Assembly: GCA_949439935.1 (NCBI GenBank)
Contig: CASRZA010000002.1
Coordinates: 1 to 53,629, forward strand
Length of the DNA: 53,629 bases
Reading direction: 5' to 3'
Source of the DNA: an uncultured Bacilli bacterium
GTDB taxonomy: Bacteria > Bacillota_I > Bacilli_A > RF39 > UBA660
Positions within the stretch are counted from its first letter, which is position 1. The number at the start of each line of letters is the position of its first letter. The notes below the pieces were generated by a model. It saw nothing but the letters and a program-made list of their open reading frames with translations, was not told the DNA's origin and did no database searches. Made by a program: the position numbers and the translations under genes. Below are positions 48,683-53,629 of this stretch, one piece after another.

Positions 48683-51343
48683 ATGAATATCAAAAAAATA
48701 ATTATCACAAGCATAATTGCTATAGGCTTAATAAGTGGAGGCACATATTTTGTCTTGAACAACAATTCACAAAAAGAAAAAGATACAGACAAAATAGTCG
48801 ACACCAACAAGCCAAACAAAGATGAAAATAAAGTTCCCGATAACGAGCCACCAGTTAAAGATGACGACGAGAAACCTGATGATGTAGACGACGAAAAACC
48901 GCCTGTCACAAATGTTGAAAATAAACCATCTACAGGTTCTAACAGTCAAAAACCAAATAAACCATCTATTCCTAACAAACCAACGGAGGAAAAACCGACT
49001 GCTCCTGTACAACCGGACAAACCTGTTGAGCCAGAGAAACCTACTGAACCCGACAAGCCAGTCGAACCATCAGAGCCAGAGGTAATAGATAACTTTAAAA
49101 TAACTAACGATATGGCAAACGGTGGAGTAATAACTCTATCTAACAAGAAATATAATACCTTAACTGTTAGTTCAGACATTGTAAAAAACGTCAAAATTAC
49201 TCTCGATCAAGTAGAAGTAAAGAATACTTTGACACTAGAGAAACCAGGTCAATACCAACTAGATATTAAAAATTCAAAAATAGCTAAAATGAACATTTCC
49301 AGTCAAAGTGTTAATACCATAGCCAAGTTCTTTAAAGCTCGTTCGTTGTTTCAAATGAACAAAACCTTGGAAGGGCCTACCGTAAATTTAGATAGTGTAA
49401 GCGGTCTACAGACGATTAACATCGATTCAAACGTCGAAATAAACGGAAGCACATCGATCGATAGCATCAAAGTCGATGGTGGATATGAAGTGGTCCTAAA
49501 TGTTCCAAGCAATAATGTAAACTTAAGTACAAGTGGTACTGTAAATATCAACAGTGAAGTCAAAACTTTGACGAACGACGGAAATGCTTCGACGATAAAT
49601 ATCAACGCGAACATTGCCAATTTCACAAACAATTCTTACAGCACGATTCGCTTAAGTAAAAATTCTACTATTACAAACTTCGAAAATAGGGGACTTAACA
49701 CAACGGTTGCAGGAAGTGGAACGATCACAGACGCTGCAATCTACGCTAATAACACAGTGATATATACGAACGTCACTAATAAACCAGTCCTTAAGGAAGA
49801 GATAGATAATGTCCTTATACGTAAGGAAAATAACATCTCGATTACAGACGTTCACTCTACATCACAAAGCAGTGTAACTTTCACTTTAAGTGCACCGGCC
49901 GTCTTGACTTTAAAAGACATATCTGTAATATGTACAGGTGGCAAAAGCATTTCATTATTCAATCTTTCTACGAAAGACAATACTACATACACGCTTTCTA
50001 CATCATACTTTAAAAATAACTCATATGGTCTATACATAACACTTCCAAACGGCAACATAATCAGTGAAGACTTCGATACAGATTATGCAAATCCAACGGT
50101 TAACAAAGCAGTCTTAGAAAGAACGGCAGATACAAAAGCTTTATTAGAATTATATGGAGTCGACGAAGGAGGACATCTATACTACATATTAGAAGAGGCC
50201 CTTACTAAAGAAACGATAAGTGCAGAGTATATAAAAGAAAAAGGAAAATCGGCACCAGTTAAAGTTGGATACAACGCGATCGACATAACGGATTTAGAAC
50301 AAGGCAAAGCTTACAACCTTTACTATTGTATAGAGGGATATTTTGATAATCTTTCTAAAGTAAAAGGTCCGTTTGAACTTTCGGGCGATAAGGTAGATGA
50401 ATCTACGGCAGAATATCAAGTAGTCTATGCTAAAGAAGAGTTACCAAATCGATTTGTATTCAAGCTCAACAAAGCGCCTAAGAAAGCCTTAACTTTAAAC
50501 GATTTCCAAATTATATGCCCTCAAGAATCCAGTCTTACTACAAGTGGAGCAAAATTTACGGTAAGTCCAGATCTATTGACTTATATCCTAGTAGTACCCG
50601 ATAATTATGGTCACAAAGATAACAAGTACACTGTTTCAATCCAAATATCAGATTCAGAAAAAATAGAGTCGAGTTTCGTTTCACACTTCGATCCTCCTAG
50701 TATCACAGGCGCGGTCGACAATGTGTCTCGCCCAGACGAAAACACTGCCGTCTTAGATTTCTATTCAGATGAAGCAGGAACAGTATATTATGGAACCTAC
50801 GAATGGAATGGCGCAATATACGATTATAATTCCACTACGCCATTCGCCGCCGATGTCATAACAGGAGCGATTGCAAGTAAACAACAAAAACTCAATGCTG
50901 GCCCTAATAAACTTACAGTCGACTTGACAGGAAAAACCGTGACTAAAAATACTAGAATATGGGCACTATTCGTCGATACAGCTGGAAATTACAGAGTAGG
51001 ATTCGTCGATCACTATAAGATTCCCGAGTTTGTAAAAGAACCAGACCCTATTGAGAACACAGTAAAGATCACAAACTTTAATGTCACAGGTAATAAATCG
51101 TTCTCTATAGATTTCAACGAAACCATAGGATGGGTATCATCAGATGACTTACAACTATCTGTCATCCAAAATGGATCGCTCCCATCAAAACTTCTTTATT
51201 CGATAGACAATGACACTCCAAAACATTTGGGTATAGAAATCTTAAATTATACTCTGCCTTCTGGAGAATATGAGTTGACGATCAATACTACAGACAAAGA
51301 CGGAAAAAATGTCACTATCAAAAAGAAATTTACTATAAACTAA
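48683..51343 (+). CDS. Large cell-surface protein with N-terminal anchor, Pro-rich stalk and repeated beta-rich modules
   Basis: An N-terminal TM/signal anchor is followed by a (K/E)P-rich linker (KPTEEKPTAPVQPDKPVEPEKPTEPDKPVEPSEPE). Next comes an Asn/Thr-rich beta-helix-like segment, then alternating Ig-like modules. Confidence 0.75.
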   Translation: MNIKKIIITSIIAIGLISGGTYFVLNNNSQKEKDTDKIVDTNKPNKDENKVPDNEPPVKDDDEKPDDVDDEKPPVTNVENKPSTGSNSQKPNKPSIPNKPTEEKPTAPVQPDKPVEPEKPTEPDKPVEPSEPEVIDNFKITNDMANGGVITLSNKKYNTLTVSSDIVKNVKITLDQVEVKNTLTLEKPGQYQLDIKNSKIAKMNISSQSVNTIAKFFKARSLFQMNKTLEGPTVNLDSVSGLQTINIDSNVEINGSTSIDSIKVDGGYEVVLNVPSNNVNLSTSGTVNINSEVKTLTNDGNASTININANIANFTNNSYSTIRLSKNSTITNFENRGLNTTVAGSGTITDAAIYANNTVIYTNVTNKPVLKEEIDNVLIRKENNISITDVHSTSQSSVTFTLSAPAVLTLKDISVICTGGKSISLFNLSTKDNTTYTLSTSYFKNNSYGLYITLPNGNIISEDFDTDYANPTVNKAVLERTADTKALLELYGVDEGGHLYYILEEALTKETISAEYIKEKGKSAPVKVGYNAIDITDLEQGKAYNLYYCIEGYFDNLSKVKGPFELSGDKVDESTAEYQVVYAKEELPNRFVFKLNKAPKKALTLNDFQIICPQESSLTTSGAKFTVSPDLLTYILVVPDNYGHKDNKYTVSIQISDSEKIESSFVSHFDPPSITGAVDNVSRPDENTAVLDFYSDEAGTVYYGTYEWNGAIYDYNSTTPFAADVITGAIASKQQKLNAGPNKLTVDLTGKTVTKNTRIWALFVDTAGNYRVGFVDHYKIPEFVKEPDPIENTVKITNFNVTGNKSFSIDFNETIGWVSSDDLQLSVIQNGSLPSKLLYSIDNDTPKHLGIEILNYTLPSGEYELTINTTDKDGKNVTIKKKFTIN

Positions 51344-51344
51344 A

Positions 51345-51366
51345 AAGAACCGCGTAGTTCTTTTTT
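51345..51366 (+). terminator. Intrinsic terminator after the surface-protein gene
   Basis: Stem AAGAAC / GTTCTT with a 6-nt loop, followed by a T-run. Confidence 0.55.
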
Positions 51367-51533
51367 CTTACACTATTCTAACAATTTTAAGCATTCAGAC
51401 ATTTTCAATACAATAGAAACAACACCTCTATATCTGTCGAATGCTAAAAATGCAAGTGCAATAGAACGTTATCTTCGATTTATCACACGAATATAAAACT
51501 TGAGGAATTCATATATTTAAACGGGTGTTATAA

Positions 51534-52313
51534 ATGGAAATAAAAAAAGGCGACCTCGTTACGAGGAAAAGCTACGATCATGATACGGTCTTCAAAGTTT
51601 TAAACATTCAAAATGGAATTTATTATTTAAAAGGTGTCGATGTTCGATTATATGCTGACAGCCCACTTACTGATCTCGAAAAAGTTATAGTAGAAACCGA
51701 TAAAGAAGACTACACAGAAAGAGTTCGCGATTGTCTACTTTTAGATAGAGACGAATTTTTTTATCTCCCAGGTAAAATTTTACACTTCGACGGAGATTCA
51801 GACTATTTAAACCGTTGCCTCGAGTTCTATGACAAGACTGGTGTCAAAGCAGTAGGAAAAAACGTTAAAGAGAGTGACTTGCCAAACTGTATAAATAAAT
51901 ATCTGATAGAATACAAACCAGATATTGTAATTATTACAGGGCACGATGCCTACTACAAAAAAAAAGGCGATGAGCACGATTCAAAGAATTACCAGAACTC
52001 ACTAAACTTCATAAAAAGTGTCATGGCCGCGAGAAACTACGAATCTAGTCATGAAAAACTAATCATAATTGCAGGTGCTTGCCAAAGCAACTATGAAGAA
52101 ATCATTAAGGCAGGGGCAAACTACGCATCCAGTCCCAAGCGAGTGAATATACACGCTTTAGATCCTGCAATAATCGCAGTTGCAGTCGCACTTACCAAAA
52201 GAAATGAGGAAATCAATTTGATCGAATTATTAGAAAGAACTAAATATGGTCGCGAAGGAATGGGGGGAATAATGGGAAACGGCGTCATGTATGTCGGATA
52301 CCCTAGACAATGA
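51534..52313 (+). CDS. yabG: Sporulation-specific protease YabG (peptidase U57)
   Basis: LPGKILHFDGD, IVIITGHDAY, IIAGACQS and SSPKRVNIHALDP match B. subtilis YabG as recalled. Confidence 0.85.
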   Translation: MEIKKGDLVTRKSYDHDTVFKVLNIQNGIYYLKGVDVRLYADSPLTDLEKVIVETDKEDYTERVRDCLLLDRDEFFYLPGKILHFDGDSDYLNRCLEFYDKTGVKAVGKNVKESDLPNCINKYLIEYKPDIVIITGHDAYYKKKGDEHDSKNYQNSLNFIKSVMAARNYESSHEKLIIIAGACQSNYEEIIKAGANYASSPKRVNIHALDPAIIAVAVALTKRNEEINLIELLERTKYGREGMGGIMGNGVMYVGYPRQ

Positions 52314-52522
52314 ATCCACTTGTAATAAGAGAAAGTCTCCTACCACATAAAGGAGAAAGAGTACAAATAAAAATAAATGGAATGCGAAATAAAACAGAAA
52401 AATTTATAGGAATATTAAAAGACATCTATCCTCAAATATTTACAGTAGAAACACAAAGTACGATAAGAAGTTTCAGTTACTCTGAACTTATCAGTAAAGA
52501 TGTAGAAATAACGTTTATTTAA
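52310..52522 (+). CDS. veg: Veg family protein
   Basis: 70 aa. GERVQIKINGMRNKTEKFIGILKDIYPQIFTV resembles Veg. Conserved yabG-veg adjacency. Confidence 0.8.
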   Translation: MNPLVIRESLLPHKGERVQIKINGMRNKTEKFIGILKDIYPQIFTVETQSTIRSFSYSELISKDVEITFI

Positions 52523-52558
52523 AAGTGCCGAATATAACTGTAATTCGACACTTTTTTT
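52522..52558. terminator. Bidirectional terminator between veg and the convergent membrane-protein gene
   Basis: 12-bp stem AAAGTGCCGAAT / ATTCGACACTTT (one mismatch), flanked by an A-run and a T7 run. Confidence 0.6.
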
Positions 52559-52570
52559 CTTAAAGGAATA

Positions 52571-53506
52571 CTACCTTAATAACTCTACATATAGGCTTAA
52601 AAGATTTTTATAATCCACAAGTATCAACATCACCGCTATTAACAACAATGTCGTCATAAAAACGTTTTTATATTTTTCTATATGTGGATAATACGAATTT
52701 AACCTAAACTTACATAACACTTTGTTATAAAAATATAGAAAAAGCAGTCCGCCACAAGTATTAAGCATTAAAGACCCACCAAAATTGTCAATTCCTAAAA
52801 CAAAACGGATTAATTCCAGCATAATGGAAATTAAAAACAAGACTCCTCCCATATGCCAATAGGATTTATAGGTTCCATCTCTAATTACTAAAATTAATAC
52901 TACCGGAGTTAACAATACAAAGTTCAATCCATACCACAATAAACCATTTTGAGTAAACAAATAGTAAGATGGTTCTTTATAGTTAAAATAAAACATTCCA
53001 AACAAAGCGAGAAAATAAATGATAGAATATAGACCCAAACTGTTCATATAAGTTTTATCATTATTTAAAAAGAGACTTCGAAAAAAGACTAAGCACAGCA
53101 AGAACCCTAAAATATAACAACAATAATCGTAACTAATATCAGCATTTAAACACAAGAGGGAAAATAGCAAAACAAAAGTTATAAAAAACAGACCCAAAAC
53201 AAAATAGTTTATATATTTTTCCTTACCATTAAATTTATTGTCTCTTTCTAAAAGTGTCTTTTTTTTAGACTCGATTTTACTGGAAGTTATAGGCAATTTG
53301 TAAACGAACACTCCTGCGATTATAGATGACACTATAATTTTGAAAAAAACGGCTGTTTTTAAACTTGCAATAAACAAATCATACCCTCCAGACAACTCCA
53401 TTAAACGAAAAGATGGAATATAAAAAGTTATAAAAAAATAGCAAATAATAAAAACTACTACAAATTCTAAAAACAAAGATAAAAATTTTTTCACTCTCAA
53501 ACACAT
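52571..53506 (-). CDS. Hypothetical polytopic membrane protein (311 aa)
   Basis: About 8-9 hydrophobic segments. No motif I recognise. Confidence 0.55.
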   Translation of the reverse strand: MCLRVKKFLSLFLEFVVVFIICYFFITFYIPSFRLMELSGGYDLFIASLKTAVFFKIIVSSIIAGVFVYKLPITSSKIESKKKTLLERDNKFNGKEKYINYFVLGLFFITFVLLFSLLCLNADISYDYCCYILGFLLCLVFFRSLFLNNDKTYMNSLGLYSIIYFLALFGMFYFNYKEPSYYLFTQNGLLWYGLNFVLLTPVVLILVIRDGTYKSYWHMGGVLFLISIMLELIRFVLGIDNFGGSLMLNTCGGLLFLYFYNKVLCKFRLNSYYPHIEKYKNVFMTTLLLIAVMLILVDYKNLLSLYVELLR

Positions 53507-53629
53507 CCTGCCGACTAATACCTATTTTTAACCAAATTATAACTCAGGTTTGATTTTATGTAAATAAAAACAGTATTTGAGTTTAGGTATTTTCCAAAAA
53601 AAATAGGATAAAATAAAGAACAAGAAAAA

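Noticed and set aside
51480-51533. Sporulation sigma-K or sigma-E promoter (CATATATTTA) upstream of yabG
   Set aside because: The match to CATA-N3-TA is off by one base, and the element lies only about 20 nt from the start codon. It cannot be distinguished from background in this AT-rich spacer.

Overview
AT-rich chromosomal origin region of a spore-forming, low-GC Firmicute with Bacillus-type gene order. Genes left of about 21.7 kb lie on the minus strand: murA, spoIIR, prmC-prfA, rpoE, a TCS plus ABC detoxification-type operon, noc-like, rsmG, mnmG, mnmE, jag, yidC, rnpA and rpmH. Genes to the right lie on the plus strand: dnaA, dnaN, comK-like, recF, gyrB, gyrA, ffs, tadA, dnaX, ebfC, recR, bofA, holB, ricT, pth, mfd, spoVT, T-box-metG, tatD, ksgA, yabG and veg. 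This fits bidirectional replication from a bipartite oriC flanking dnaA. The standout feature is a 1.14-kb non-coding tandem array downstream of gyrA (31056-32196). An approximately 186-bp cassette is repeated head to tail. It carries eight canonical parS palindromes, and six of them are paired at a fixed 34-bp offset with canonical Noc-binding-site (NBS) palindromes. Each cassette also has DnaA boxes abutting parS and a sigma-A-like promoter. The only ParB-family gene in the window sits at the noc position. It has Noc-type recognition motifs, lacks the N-terminal membrane-targeting helix, and carries a roughly 150-aa low-complexity insertion. soj-spo0J and yabA are absent from their conserved positions. 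Other observations: a lone NBS inside mfd; a LexA-like box at the array edge; a PBP start codon displaced by an A8 tract; a minimal SRP RNA fused to the tadA leader; comK between dnaN and recF; and a four-gene accessory insertion between ksgA and yabG. No rRNA, tRNA, CRISPR or transposase genes were recognised.
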